A stretch of DNA of 64,000 bases from Octopus sinensis (GCF_006345805.1 NC_043000.1:93558001-93622000); one strand, 5' to 3'; shown: positions 11,622 to 25,063, counted from the first letter of the stretch. The notes: generated from the sequence alone by a model not told the origin. Numbers and translations: made by a program.

Positions 11622-12322
11622 TTTGCTAGAACTGATTGTGAGAACAACTGAAACAATCACGGTGTATTGATTGATGTCTCTCCGAACACGCATCACTCCT
11701 CCCTTTCCGATTATTGCTTTGTTATCTCCAGCCTCCTCCTTTATCTATTGTTTGTGCTCGTGTGTGTGCCTTTTAATGCATTTGTATATGCGTACATACA
11801 CACAAACACATACATACATACATGCATATATATATATATAATATATATATTATATATATATATTATATATATATATCTATGTGCATATGCATGCATGCAT
11901 GTTTTTGCATGCATGTGTTCTTGAATGATAAGTTTTGTGTCACAAATGCCACTCACTCCTTACAGGCATATTGCCTGGCGCGGGTCAGATTTGATAAGAG
12001 ACTGGTTTATAATTAGCAATTCAGTCTATAAATAACTTATATATATATATATATAGACAGATATAGATAAAATGTATACAAGGACAAATTATAAATTATA
12101 TATGTTTCATACAAATCATTTCAGGCACTTATCTAGAACAGGGAAATAACAAACAAAAAACAAAAGGAACTTTTATCAGAACTAGAAGTACATGCTTATT
12201 GAATTCTGGTGTACGTTTCCAAATTTTCAGGCATAAAAGTCACCGTAATATATTGTATAAACATATAGCATTGAAACAGCATAACTATTTTTCTGAACCC
12301 TGTTGCATTTCACATAGGTTTT

Positions 12323-12555
12323 AAAAAAAATTTTTTTTACTACCCACAAGGGGTTAAACACTGGGAGGACAAACAAGGACAGACAAACAGATTAAATCGA
12401 CCCCAGTGCGTAACTGGTACTTATTTTATCGATCCCGAAAGGATGAAAGGTAAAGTCGACCTCGGTGGAATTTGAACTCAGAACGTACTGGCAGACGAAA
12501 TATGGCTACGCATTTCGCCTGGCGTGCTAACGTTTCTGCCAGCTCGCTGCCTTCG
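12323..12555 (-). mobile_element. SINE family A with 15-bp TSD
   Basis: TTTCACATAGGTTTT at 12308-12322 and 12556-12570 flanks a near-full copy. Confidence 0.9.
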
Positions 12556-12810
12556 TTTCACATAGGTTTTTATGTCCTCCAAAGTTGTCAGTGTATAGAA
12601 AGCAGTCAATCAACCTTTTTGTTTGTTGGCTGTAAATTTCAGACCTGAAAAATTTGAATATTATTGTAAAACTGAAAGATTCTGTTATTTTAACAGTTAA
12701 ATTTATAATTCATATTATTTATATCACTTACAATCATTTTTATGGTAAACATTGAATTTCATGTCATATTTAACTTTATTATTATGCATTATAGGACAGC
12801 TTTTTCTTAA

Positions 12811-13033
12811 CCCTTTAGCATTTAGACTGGCTATATCCGGCCAAAAGTATTCTGCCTGTTTTATGTTCAAACTGTCCAGGTCTGGTCTCTCACACCAACC
12901 CTACAATATTGTTTGAAAAATTAACAGCTACCTCATCAAAATCTCATAGCTACAAGATAATGCATGATTAGTTCAAAACAATATGTAGATGAAAAGGCAT
13001 TAATTTTGGCAGAATAATGCGAACACTAAAGGG
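12811..13033. mobile_element. piggyBac-type MITE (TTAA TSD)
   Basis: TTAA|CCCTTTAGCATTT...GAACACTAAAGGG|TTAA. An inverted relative lies at 61895-62090. Confidence 0.85.
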
Positions 13034-13339
13034 TTAATTTGAGTAAGTAACTATATTATCTGTAATTCTCATTGGGTGTTTGGAAACAATTATCTGAATG
13101 TTTCTAACTTGTTTCAGTCATTGGATTGTGACCATGCTGGGGCACTGCCTTGAAGGGTTTTAGTGAAACAAATCAATCTAAGTGCTTGTTTTTAAGTGTA
13201 GCCCATATTCTACCGGTCTCTTTTGCAAAACTGCTAAGTTATGGGAACACAAACAAGCCAACACCAGTTGGCAAGCAATGATGTGGGACAAAAACTAGCA
13301 CACTCTTATATGCACTTCCTCACATATATAAACACACAT

Positions 13340-13389
<50 letters not shown>

Positions 13390-13503
13390 TTATATATACT
13401 CACATACATACATATATTTATACAAGATATTTCCACAGTTTCCATCTACCAGATTCACTCACAAGACATTGGCTGGCTCAAGACTATGCCTCACAGTGGT
13501 AGT

Positions 13504-13800
13504 GGAGGCACATGGCCTAGTGGCTAGAGCAGCGGACTCGCGGTCGAGGGATCGTGGGTTTGAATCTCAGACCAGGCGATGTGTATGTTTATGAGCGAAA
13601 ACACCTAAGCTCCACGCAGCTCCGGCAGAAGGTAATGGCGAACTCCTGCTGACTCCCTTGCCACAACTTTCTCTCACTCTTTCCTCCTGCATCTTGCAGT
13701 TCACCTGCGACAGACGGGTGTCCCGTCCAGGTGGGGAACATATACGCCAAGGAAACCGGGTAACCGGCCATTATGCGCCAGGCATGGCTCAAAAAGGAAC
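13504..13800 (+). mobile_element. SINE family C (tail type 1) nested in a minus-strand SINE B (about 13107-13870)
   Basis: tRNA-like head GGAGGCACATGGCCTAGTGG. CTCACAGT is repeated on both flanks, and SINE B resumes at about 13804. Confidence 0.8.
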
Positions 13801-14786
13801 AAACTCACAGTAGGACAGAACCCAAAACCACATGGTTGCAAAGCAAGCTGCATAACCACACAGCCACACATAAGCCAATGAAGATTATACATTTAGGTGT
13901 TAGGAAGGGCATCCTGGTGTTAGGAAGGGCATCTGGTGTTAGGAAGAGCATCAAGCTGTAGAAACTCTGCCAGATCAAGATTGGAGCCTGGTGCAGCCCT
14001 TTGGTTCGCCAGCCCTCAGTCAAAATCGTCCAACCCATGCTAGCATGGAAAGCGGACGTTAAACGATGATGATGATGATCAGCATATTTGATAGGAAGAA
14101 AGGACTAGTACTCTGTAGTATAACAATTAGTAAGGTGGTTGCTACAGATACAAAGCATCAATCCTGTTGGAAAATATTCTTTTTCATTTTTATTGCAAAT
14201 TTTTTTTTTCCCATCGTTGTAAATAAGTACTTGTGTATATCATCAGGTTCCTAATGATTAAATTATTTTTAATCACTGTGCACTCATTAAGTTTATTTAT
14301 GATCAGGTAGCTTTTTCATTTAGAAGGCATAATTAGGTTGAATCATGTCCGGAAAAGCCTACATAGCTACCTCAGATTACACCAACTCAGTCTTGCATGT
14401 CACAATTAAATTTTTAGGCAGTCATCATTTTTGAGTTCTCTGCCCTGCTATTTTTGAAATAAGTTTTCGTTAACACTTAAGACTTTCTTGCAAATTTTGA
14501 ATATAATTTCACTGGATTAAAAATATTTTTGGTGTTCTTCATTAAGTTAGCCAGCACTTATCTATCTTTCTAGCCATCTCTATATCTGTGTTTTTATTTG
14601 TTACCCCTCTCTCTCTCTTTCTCTGTATATATAGATATATGTGTGTGTGTTACATATTTACATATATAGTGTGTGTGTGTGTTATATATATATATATATT
14701 TATATATATGTATATTACATATTTACATATGTAGTGTATATATATATATATTACATATTTACATATATATATGCGTGGGTGTGTGC

Positions 14787-14829
<43 letters not shown>

Positions 14830-14985
14830 TTACATATTTACATGTATGTATGTTTGTATACATATATGCATGAATGTATATGTATGTATATGCATATGTA
14901 TGTACATGCATTGTTAGATCTGCGCATAAAGATATGGATATGAATACACACTTACATGCATACACATACACATACACACATGCAA

Positions 14986-15032
<47 letters not shown>

Positions 15033-15627
15033 CACACCACACATACAAACGTACACATACATACAAACATACACACACACACGCATATATATATATATAT
15101 ATACGAAATATACATACAAACATACACACATTGCATACACGTTCTGCTTGATTACACACCACTATTTTGCTCACTTTGTCCCAGTCTTGGAACGGTTTCT
15201 CGGTCAACAACTGCTGCCTGTTGAGGTCAGGCCAACACTACCACCTACTGTGATTCTCCCACACGCTTTTGGTTACAGAAAAGAAAACTAAAAACCGAAC
15301 GGTTACTAGGATATGAAGTGAATGTGTTGCATGTGTGTTGCTATGGTTACTGATGCAGAGATTACCAAGCGATAGAATGATTCTCTCTCTTCCTCAGAGT
15401 CTGTCTCTCTTTCTCTCTGCCTGCGTAGTTAATAGATATTGCCTCATCACTTACAGTTGTGCTCAAAAGGTGTGTTGGAGCATGGATACATGGATGTGTT
15501 TGTCTGTCTGTCAATATACGTGTATGTGTGCTTGTATGTACATTTTTTTTATCCATATTTATGTGTGTGTGTTTATTTATCCATACTATACACACACATG
15601 TGTATATATAATATTCATGTATATATA

Positions 15628-16508
15628 CAGGGTGCGATGGGTAAATTGTCACCATTTTATATTTTTAATTTCATGCATGTGCATTCTTTGTTTTTGATTT
15701 TGTTGACTACACAGTATAGTAGGGTCAGTTGGGCACCATCTTTGAGAAGAACAGCACCATGACGCAATACATTCTACCAGAAATTTGGGAACAACATGCT
15801 GTACTGCTTGGCATTTGTACCAGAAGCTCCAACATGAACAGATGGTAAACACATAGAACAATTGTTGGCTTGCCCTGTCCCCAAAACATGTACCAAGAGT
15901 GATAAAAATCAAACATCCAATTAATATCATGGTTTGGAGTGATCAGTAGTGATTGTGACTTCATGCCTCCAGTCATCTTCCCACATGACCTCACACTCAA
16001 CACAGAGGCCTACATCAAGTGCCTAGAGGAGGTAGTGCTGTTCTGGGTCAAGACAGTGGTTGGTGGAAGACCGTATGTCCGGCAACAGGACTCTGCACCA
16101 TGCCAAACAAGCAAAAGAACCCAGTCATGGCTGTCAGACGATTCCTATGACCACATCTTCCTTAATATCAGGCCACCTAACTCCCCAGACAGTAATCCCT
16201 TTGATTATTATGTGTGGGGCAAAGTTGAGTGAGAGACCAACGAAACTCCTTGTAACACCAAAGGTGAATTGAAGGCAAGGATTATGGCAGCATCCACGAA
16301 CTTAAACAAGGAGATCGCCCAGAAGAGTTACAGGAGATTCTGAAGTTGTCTGGAGACCATGGTTGAGGCCAATGGCAATTTTATTGAATCAATTTACTCT
16401 TTAGAATTTCAAGATATATAATTTTGATAAATATATCTGTTAAAATGAGATGTCAGAGTTATATTCATTATTTTGTAATTTAGAAAACAACATATTCACT
16501 GCACCCTG
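15628..16508 (+). mobile_element. Internally deleted Tc1/mariner-superfamily transposon, DD37D (maT) family
   Basis: TA|CAGGGTGC...GCACCCTG|TA termini. The transposase remnant has QQD and SPDxNPxD(YYVW) motifs, with 37 residues between the second and third catalytic D. Confidence 0.9.
15900..16390 (+). pseudogene. Transposase catalytic/C-terminal remnant with in-frame stops
   Basis: ORF 15939-16232 (ISSDCDFMPPVIFP...YIKCLEEVV...QQDSAPC...PPNSPDSNPFDYYVWGKVE*) continues after the TGA as ETNETPCNTKGELKARIMAA...VEANGNFIE. Confidence 0.88.
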
Positions 16509-16750
16509 TATATATAGATATGATACACTTGTATATATATATATATATTTCATCATTTATATATATATCATTATTTATATATATATATTTTATATATACG
16601 TGTATATATATATATATATGTTTTTGAGCAGATGAGCATGTGTGTGTGTGTATGTATTTATATATATTTACACACACACACATACATACACATTTAGGTA
16701 TAATTGATATATACTTACATATGTATGCATATATATATATATATATATAT

Positions 16751-17131
16751 ATTATTTACAGAATTGTAAAACTTGACACCGCTTAACAAAACCATTTACA
16801 TCGAAAGCACATAAAGTTTGTTTACAAAAACAACTATGAACTAATATAGTTCTTAAATTTGACAGAAAGGAGCAGGCTGGTTCACTGGTGTAATTGGTAA
16901 CACACTTAGTCGTGTTAACAGAGGAATGTGGGTTTGAGTCCCATGTGTATAGGAAAGCCTACTTTTTTCTGTCGAGCGCATATATGCCCCATTATTAGAC
17001 TATTTTCCATAGTCATTTGCACGGTGATGACGATAAGCTTTAAGCTTATAAAAAAAAATAACATTATTATTATTTACAGAAGTGTAAAACTTGACACTGC
17101 TTAACAAAACCATTTGCACCAAAAGCATATA
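16751..17131 (+). mobile_element. tRNA-like cassette bounded by ~63-bp direct repeats within TA tracts
   Basis: Direct repeats at 16751-16813 and 17069-17131. tRNA-like core at 16879-16950 with A box TGGTGTAATTGG, B box GGTTTGAGTCC, D stem GTGT/ACAC and T stem GTGGG/CCCAT, then T6. Confidence 0.65.
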
Positions 17132-18069
17132 TAAATATAAATATATATTTCTTTTTAAAAAGCATAGGTGATGGTGCAATGTAAAAAGTACTGGTGCCGG
17201 AGCCATGTAAAAGGCACTGGTGCCTCATAAAAAGTGCTGCTACCATGTGAAAGAATATCCAGTGCCCTCTTTAAAGTGGTTGGCATTAGGAAAGGCATCC
17301 AGCTGTAGAAACCAAGCCAAAACAGACTATGGTATCTAGTGTGGACCCCTGGATTTTCCAGCTCCTGTGAAGCCATCCAAGCATGGAAAACAGACATTAA
17401 ATGTTGATGATGATGATGAGGAGGAGGAGGAAGATGATGATATATGTTGTTATAAATACATTTATACATTATGGCTCAGTTTTCGTTTCCATGTTGTCAG
17501 TTATAGTCCTCCTGGTTGTAACATGCAAAATTAAGACCAAGCACCCCTGGGAACACCATCACTCTGTTCACTTGATTCCTAGAATGCAGAGATCCTCAAA
17601 GTAAATTTTGTATACAGTAAAGGTTTTTAGTAACTAGAAAAGAAGTCAGAACCCTACTGCCGACAGAAAAATGGCCATAGTTGATACAGAGAAAATGAGT
17701 TGGTGGCAAATCTGTACAGTACATCCATTGTTAGCCATGGACACAGAAGAGGTGTAGTGGGTTCATAGGCAGGGTGTGTCTGCTTGTTTGAGTATAGCAG
17801 GTTCTATATATAATTGGTGCTAACAAATGCCTTTTTGTCTCTATCATGTATGCATATATATGAGTACACATATGCATATGAATGCATGAAAATGTATATG
17901 TGTATGCTTATTCATGTGTGTGTGTGTGTACCTGTACCTGTGTGCATGTATATAATATATATATGTATGTATGTTGAGAGAAAAGAGAGAGAGAGAGGTA
18001 GATATATTTATATGTATACATATGTAATATATGTATGTCTGTATATAATAAATAATATATAATATATAT

Positions 18070-18102
<33 letters not shown>

Positions 18103-18295
18103 CATATATACACTTACGCACTCACACTCACACACACATGCATATATGGGTACAGGATATCACTAACGGTGCAAATAACATGAAATACGTATATCTGTAT
18201 ATGCACATGTATATGTGTGTGTATACATGCATATATACATGTGTGTGAATATATATATTTATGTATATATATGCAAGTGTGTGCATATTTTATAT

Positions 18296-18363
<68 letters not shown>

Positions 18364-18767
18364 CATACATACATACATACATACATACATGCACATATGT
18401 ATACACACTCACACACATATGTATATCTATATGTTGCGGATAGTTTGAAAATATTAATTTCACACTCAGCTTATTCCTATCACAAATTATTTTATTATAT
18501 TTCAGCGCATTTTTTATTTATGCGTTTTGGTTTTTAAAATTTCAATTCTACCAATATGTTTTCTGTGATTGTCGCAGCATTCTATTCACCATGCTATGAA
18601 ATTTAATAGAAATTTGAAAAATTATTGATTTCCTGCGGATAGTTTTGTGTATTTGTGGGCTTGTGTTTTCTTTCATGTTTAAAAGAACAGCACAATAAAT
18701 ACATATCTTCGAAGATCTCTCTCTTATCTGTTAATCATGAGTATTTATATATATATATATATATGGT

Positions 18768-19060
18768 GGAGGTGCAATGGCCCAGTGGTTAGGGCAGCCG
18801 ACTCGCGGTCGTAGGATTGCGGTTTCGATTCTCAGACCGGGCGTTGTGAGTGTTTATTGAGCGAAAACACCTAAAGCTCCACGAGGCTCCAGCAGGGGGT
18901 GGTGGCGATCCTTGCTGTACTCTTTCACCACAACTTTCTCTCACTCTTTCTTCTGTTGGCCTGCTCGCTTAGCCAGCGGGGCCAAAACAATGTGAAGCGC
19001 ATTGTGACCAGCCATGTGTAGCAACATCTGATAGCCTGGTCGGTCACTGTGATCATGGTG
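18768..19060 (+). mobile_element. SINE family C, tail type 2
   Basis: Same head as 4905 and 13504. The 3' part AAAACAATGYGAA.GCATTGTGACCAGC.ATGTGTAGCAACATCTGATAGCC is shared with 63251-63504. Confidence 0.85.
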
Positions 19061-20245
19061 ATATATATATATATATATCCATGTAAAGGCTCATGGCCTG
19101 GTGGTCAAAATGTTGCATTCCACTCAGATTGTGGTTTCGATTTCTAGCCAGACGGTGGAATGTATTCTTAAGCAGAACACTTTATCCCACATTGCTCTGC
19201 AGTCACTTTGATGTCAGACACACAGCACACTCTGCATTTGTAGAAGCAATGTCTGTTTGATACAGGGTGTGATCGCAAGCATTTGATCACTACAAACAAA
19301 TAATCTGTGCAGGTTCATGATAATGATGATGATCATGATCATTTAATGTCTGCTTTCGATGCTGGCTTGGGTTTGATAATTTGACATGGAGTTGGCTCGC
19401 AGGAACTGTCCAGACTCCAGCTGTCCATTGAAGCATGGTTTCTATGGTTGGATGCCCTTCCTAATGCCAATCACTTAACAGTGTGCTAGGTGCTTTTACA
19501 TGGCACCAGCAAAAGTTGCCAAACCACATCTATCATCCACCACAAGAGAAGCCATCACTCATACATTTGTGTGTTTTTGTCAGAGAGTCAAAAGTCCTTC
19601 CCAAGCCATAGGCTCGTATGGCCAGTTTCCGGAATTCTGTGAAGTAAATATTACCCTTTCCCCACCTCCCCAGATGGGATGCTGTTCTGATCTGGACCAC
19701 TGTGAAATGAAGAGTGTTTTGCTCATGAACACAACACATTGCCCAGTCAAGGAATTGAAACCACAATCTTACAGTCATGAGTGCAACACTCTAACCACTG
19801 AACCATATGTCTCCGTGTATGTGTGTGCGTGTGTATATAAATACACACACACACACACACATGTACATATATGTATATGTATGTATAATGGTCCTTAGCT
19901 ATGTTATCTCCTCATGATTTTGTCTATGGCTTACTGTAATGGCCTCTGCTCATCAAAGACAGCTGAAGTCATGTCAACACGAGGAAGACATTTCCAGTTC
20001 ACTTATCTCTCCTCCACCTATTACCTTTGTTGTGTCGACCAACCCCTAGGGCCCCCTCTCTCTCTCTCCCTCTTCTCCGAACTAATTACTATGTCCAGTC
20101 TTCCTAACCCAGAGCATCACACTTTGAAATCCCCTCCTGGCTTATGTTCTTCCTGCAGGTGTTGCCTTGCGAATGATTCAAGAGAATCATTGATGATGGC
20201 ACTAAGACTCATGACTCACCAGGCTCAGAACTATAAAATCCAGGG

Positions 20246-20575
20246 GCATTTCCCCTTTCTTCCAAACCCAGCAGGTACAGCAAAAAGAAATAGAATGCAG
20301 AGACTATACACATTCGGCTCAATATTCCCAAGTGAGAACTTGTGGTTCTCATTAATAACCCAACACACATGTACACACACACACACTGTACATTGTACAT
20401 TTATGCAAAGGCCATGAGCACTTCCCCTTTCTTCCAGACCCAACAAGTACAGCAAAAAGAAAGCGAACAAAGGGACTGTATACATTTGGCTCAATATTCC
20501 GAACTGAGAACTTGTGGTTCATATCATAGCCCAACACACATGCAAACACACACACACATGCACTCACTGTACTGT
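20246..20575. repeat. Diverged ~170-bp tandem duplication
   Basis: TTCCCCTTTCTTCCA.ACCCA.CA.GTACAGCAAAAAGAAA...GGCTCAATATTCC..TGAGAACTTGTGGTTC occurs twice, each copy ending in (CA)n. Confidence 0.85.
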
Positions 20576-20749
20576 TATGACAACACACTTTCAGGTGATA
20601 TCTGATCAAATCTGTTGGCTTATATGGATTTCAGTTTTATATTACAGATGTATATATCATGTAAGGACAAAAAAGACATTTTTTTCTTTTATGATCTATC
20701 AATCTGTAAATTATCTGCCCTTAATTATCATAAATAGCAATGGTAATTG

Positions 20750-21170
20750 CTTCAGATTTTGGCCCTAGGCCAGTAATTTTCTGGAGAGGGGTTACTTGAT
20801 TACTTTGCCCCATCCTTTCACAAGACTTGATTGATACTTTATTTTATTGATTCTAAAAGGATGAAAGGCAGAGTCAACCTTTCTGGAATTTGAACTCAGA
20901 ATGTAAACAGCCCAAAGAAACGGCACTAAGCATTTTCTCAAACTTGCTGACAGTTCTGCCAGGCACAAAGCCAATAATTTTGAAGGGAGGTAGGTAGTCG
21001 ATGCCACTGACCCAGCACTTTAGCTGTTACTTTATTTCATCAATCCTGGTGAGGTGCGGGACAAAAGGCAAAGTTTATCTTGCTGAGATTTTGAACTCAG
21101 AAGATTAAGATCTGAAGAGATATTGCAAGGTAAGTTCTCCAATGCCCTAACAATTCTACCAATCTACTAC
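20750..21170 (-). mobile_element. Two tandem diverged SINE A copies
   Basis: AAAGGCA.AGT...TTTGAACTCAGAA motif occurs twice. Confidence 0.7.
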
Positions 21171-21237
21171 TCTGATAGTAATAATAACTAATAATAATAA
21201 TAATTATTATTATTATTATTATAATTATAATTATAAA

Positions 21238-21797
21238 TGCCCTGATGCAGTATCATATAGTGGCTCTCATGGCTTCTGAGCTTAACTAATTGGAAGTGTT
21301 ATCATGTACATTGTTTTGTCTTGGTATCAAAGATGGGCTACAGCAAATATTCTGCTCAATACCACAGATTTGCTTGTCAGTTGTTTGACCGTAACCAGTT
21401 GAGCATGTCCCTTAGTGGCTGACGATATGTGCATCTCTACTCATGAGCAGAAGCAGTAGGGGTGCATCATAGCCATGTGTTGAGAGGAATTCTTTGGGGT
21501 TTGAATAATTGACCTTTGGAAACATGGGTGTTTCGTTCAACATCCTTAAACAATCCTTATTCAGGGACTTTTGAGTGGGATGGGCTACTCAACCTGAAGA
21601 AAATTCTAACTGGGTCCCCACCTGCAAAGCCATGCACTGTTTATATTGATATGAGATCACCATGTCGCGCACATATGGTTGTACTGCATGTGCCTGGTAT
21701 ACCCTTATCAGACGGGTAGTCATGATGGGTATACTGGGCTTCATATGTTTGTACCCCATTGTCATTTTGATGGCATGCACTGCTCTCTCACTCAATA
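21238..21797 (+). mobile_element. ~550-bp interspersed repeat embedded in (TAA)n (Dong/R4-like target preference, inferred)
   Basis: A collinear second copy lies at 40576-41097. Both start at C.CTGATGCAGTA directly after TAA repeats and end CTCTC.CACTCAA followed by TAA repeats. Confidence 0.75.
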
Positions 21798-21876
21798 AAC
21801 AAAAATAAATAAATAATAATAATAATAATAATATCCACTACCCTGATGACAATAATAATAATAATCCACTACCCTG

Positions 21877-21908
<32 letters not shown>

Positions 21909-22941
21909 CCTTTGTACTGGAAGCACAAACGATTCACATATGTCTATATTTGTGTGTGTGTCTGTGTTTATCCCACCACCATTACTTGACAACCGATGCT
22001 GGTGTGTTTATGTCCATGTAACTTAGCAGTTTAGCAAAGGAGACAGATAAAATTAAGTATAGGCCTACAAAGAATAAGTCCTGGGATCGATTTCTTTGAC
22101 TAAGACCTTTTAAGGCAGTGCTCCAGGATGGCTACAGTCAAATGACTGAAACAAATAAAAGAATATGTATGTATGTATGTATGTTTATTATCTGTCGGAT
22201 TGCCAAGTGTGTATTCCGGTCACCGTTTATTTATGTGATCTGTGGCATGAAGATAGTTGATCCAGTTTATTTGACAGCACCCCAGTTATCCAAGATGTAG
22301 AAGGAGATGCCAAAAAATTGTGTGTTATCTGGTCTGTTGCTATATTCTATAAAAGGCTGCAAGTTCTGTGATATTGGTAATTTTGGTTGCAGTGTAAGAG
22401 CAAAACAAAATAATCTGGGGCTTGTTGAATTCCATTTAGTATCATATGTTCAATTTCTTACGTAAACAGGTGCATGTATATGTGTGTGTACATGCGTGTG
22501 CTTTCTTTGCAGCTGGTTCCTATTTTTAAATGAGCCATTGCTGTAGCCTATAACAAGAGTGAATGTTACCTATTTTTTTTTCCCATTCCAGTTTCACTGA
22601 CCCATAAAAAGAAATATAAACACACAGGTATGCACTCACATACATCCATATATCTGTGTGTGTATGTGTGTTTCTCCATTTCTTATCAAAAAAAAGTCTT
22701 GAATATCTCACTCAATTTCAGACTTAGTTATGTTTAATAAATGAGAGACAAATAACCTCAGGTCTATTTATCCGGCTATTTGTCCAGTTATCTTTCAGAG
22801 AGCCCTTGCTCCCTTCTTCATCCACTAGGTTACCTGAAATAATTTGTTTTATATTTTACTTGATTCAGTCATTAGGCTGTGGCCATGCTAGGGCACCGCC
22901 TTGAAGAAATTTAGTTTGTAAATATACATACATACATATAT

Positions 22942-22983
<42 letters not shown>

Positions 22984-23016
22984 ATGTGTGTGTATATATA
23001 TATATATATATATGTG

Positions 23017-23048
<32 letters not shown>

Positions 23049-23629
23049 TATTTACAAGGGGCTTCTTTCAGTTTCTGTCTACCAAATCCACCCACAAGAC
23101 TTTGGTTAGCCTGAGGCTATAGTGGAAGACACTTGCTTAAGTTGTCACACTGTGGGACTGAACCCAGAACCATGTGGTTGGGAAGCAGGCTTCTTACCAC
23201 ATAGCTGTGTCTATGTCTAGCTGTTATGCTTGTTCTCACCATTGTTATTCCTGTTTAGCTTTAGATTAATCCTGATCAAGTGGACTTATGATCAAAGGTG
23301 AATTTATTAGGGGTTTTTACGACTAAGTTATCTAATACAATTTTCTACATTTTAATATTGTCGGATAATTCCAGGGAACTTTCGCTGCTGTTTCTAGCAG
23401 TTTAAGTTATGCTGTAATCTGATTGGTTTGAATATGTTGAAGTATTACATATTGATTTTATGCCCATGTCAGCCCTGATTAAGTTGATTAATGATTTATG
23501 ACTACATTATCTGATGTAGTCACCCATGTATAAAAAATGACAAGCTGTGATTTGATGGAGATTTAGCTGCTATTTCAAGCAGGCCATATGAAGGTGTAAT
23601 TCTATTGGCATAAATATACCAATAAATTA

Positions 23630-24043
23630 CTCTTTTACTCTTTTATTTGTTTCAGTCATGTGACTGTGGCCATGCTGGAGCACCGCCTTTGGTCGAGCAA
23701 ATCGACCCCAGGACTTATTCTTTGTAAGCCTAGTACTTATTCTATCGATCTCTTTTGCTGAACCGCTAAGTTATGGGGACATCAACACACCAGCATCGGT
23801 TGTCAAGCAATGTTGGGGGGAACAAACACAGTCACACAAACATACACACAAACACACACACACACATATATATATATATCGCCACATATATACAACAGGC
23901 TTCTTTCAGTTTCCGTCTACCAAATCCACTCACAAGGCGAGGCTATAGTAGAAGACACTTGCCCAAGGTGCCATGCAGTGGGACTGAAACCGGAACCATG
24001 TAGTTGGTAAACAAGCTATTTACCACACAGCCACTCCTGCGCC
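23630..24043 (-). mobile_element. Full-length SINE B with 17-bp TSD
   Basis: Identical AATATACCAATAAATTA at 23613-23629 and 24113-24129. Confidence 0.9.
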
Positions 24044-24744
24044 TATATAAAAGAGCTGGATAAAAGTTTAGAAACAGAAAAAAGAAAAGCAACTTGTTTT
24101 ATCAACCCCTCCAATATACCAATAAATTATTTAACCCTTCTGATACCAGCTTACCAAAAACTACTTTGGATCTATGATGCTAGCTTATTGTTTAAACATG
24201 ATCCAAGTTAAAACCTTCAAGCAAAATTTCATGTTAAATTATTGCAAACACCAGCTTAACGAGAACAGCAGCTATCAAACATCATTTTCAGCATTATCAT
24301 CATACTAATAGTCATCCGAGTCATCATCATCATTGAAGTCTTTGTCATCATCATCATCATCATCATCATCATTCCTTTCATCAATTGCTTAGAATACAAT
24401 TGGCCTTTTATTTTAATGAAATAATTATTTTGTCAACATTAATTATATTCTAATAAAATTTCAAATTTATTTGCAAACTTATAAAATGAAAAAACAAAAT
24501 CCCATAAAAAAACGACAAGACAAATCTTTCAATAAAACTACAACAACAACACAAACACTAACAAACCAACACCTCAAACATCACTTCCTAAGTACCTGTT
24601 CCTCTTCATCTTATTCTCTTCATAGAAAATTAAAAATTAAAAAAAATTTTTTAAGTCAATGTAAGTCCTATATATTTAGTGCTTACCCTTTGTTTTGTAT
24701 TTGTTGTTGTTGTTGTTGCTCTACTTAGAAGTAAAACATATTTG

Positions 24745-25025
24745 CAAGGGGGAAGAGTTCCTGGAAATTAACACAAGAATGCAGTCATTGGTACTTAGAC
24801 ACATTCCTGTTAATAAAGAGGATTAGTTTCGGCGTTACGTGGGTGGTTGCTTAGCATGCCTGCACTTGATCAAAGTTTCCGCTATCTACCCCCACCCCCG
24901 CTACACACACACACTCATACACACACTTGTCCATGTATTTCAGTGGAAATGAATTTCTTTGAAAATTGAGTAAAATTCTACAGCTGTCTATCCTTTTGAC
25001 CTTTTGATAATCATTACGTAACTCG
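24745..25025. promoter_or_regulatory. Candidate enhancer (motif cluster in non-repetitive island)
   Basis: TTCCTGGAA (STAT, 24758-24766), ACATTCCT (TEAD/M-CAT, 24801-24808), GGATTA, CAGCTG (24981-24986) and TTACGTAA (25014-25021). Motif evidence only. Confidence 0.3.
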
Positions 25026-25063
25026 GTATATCTATCTATCTATCACTGTTTTTCACTCTCCCT

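Noticed and set aside
19914-20417. 167-aa ORF in non-repetitive sequence
   Set aside because: No recognisable domain, and it runs through a CT tract and a local duplication into (CA)n.
21417-21460. CTGACGA in the TAA-embedded element as a hammerhead core
   Set aside because: No stem II followed by GAAA in either copy.
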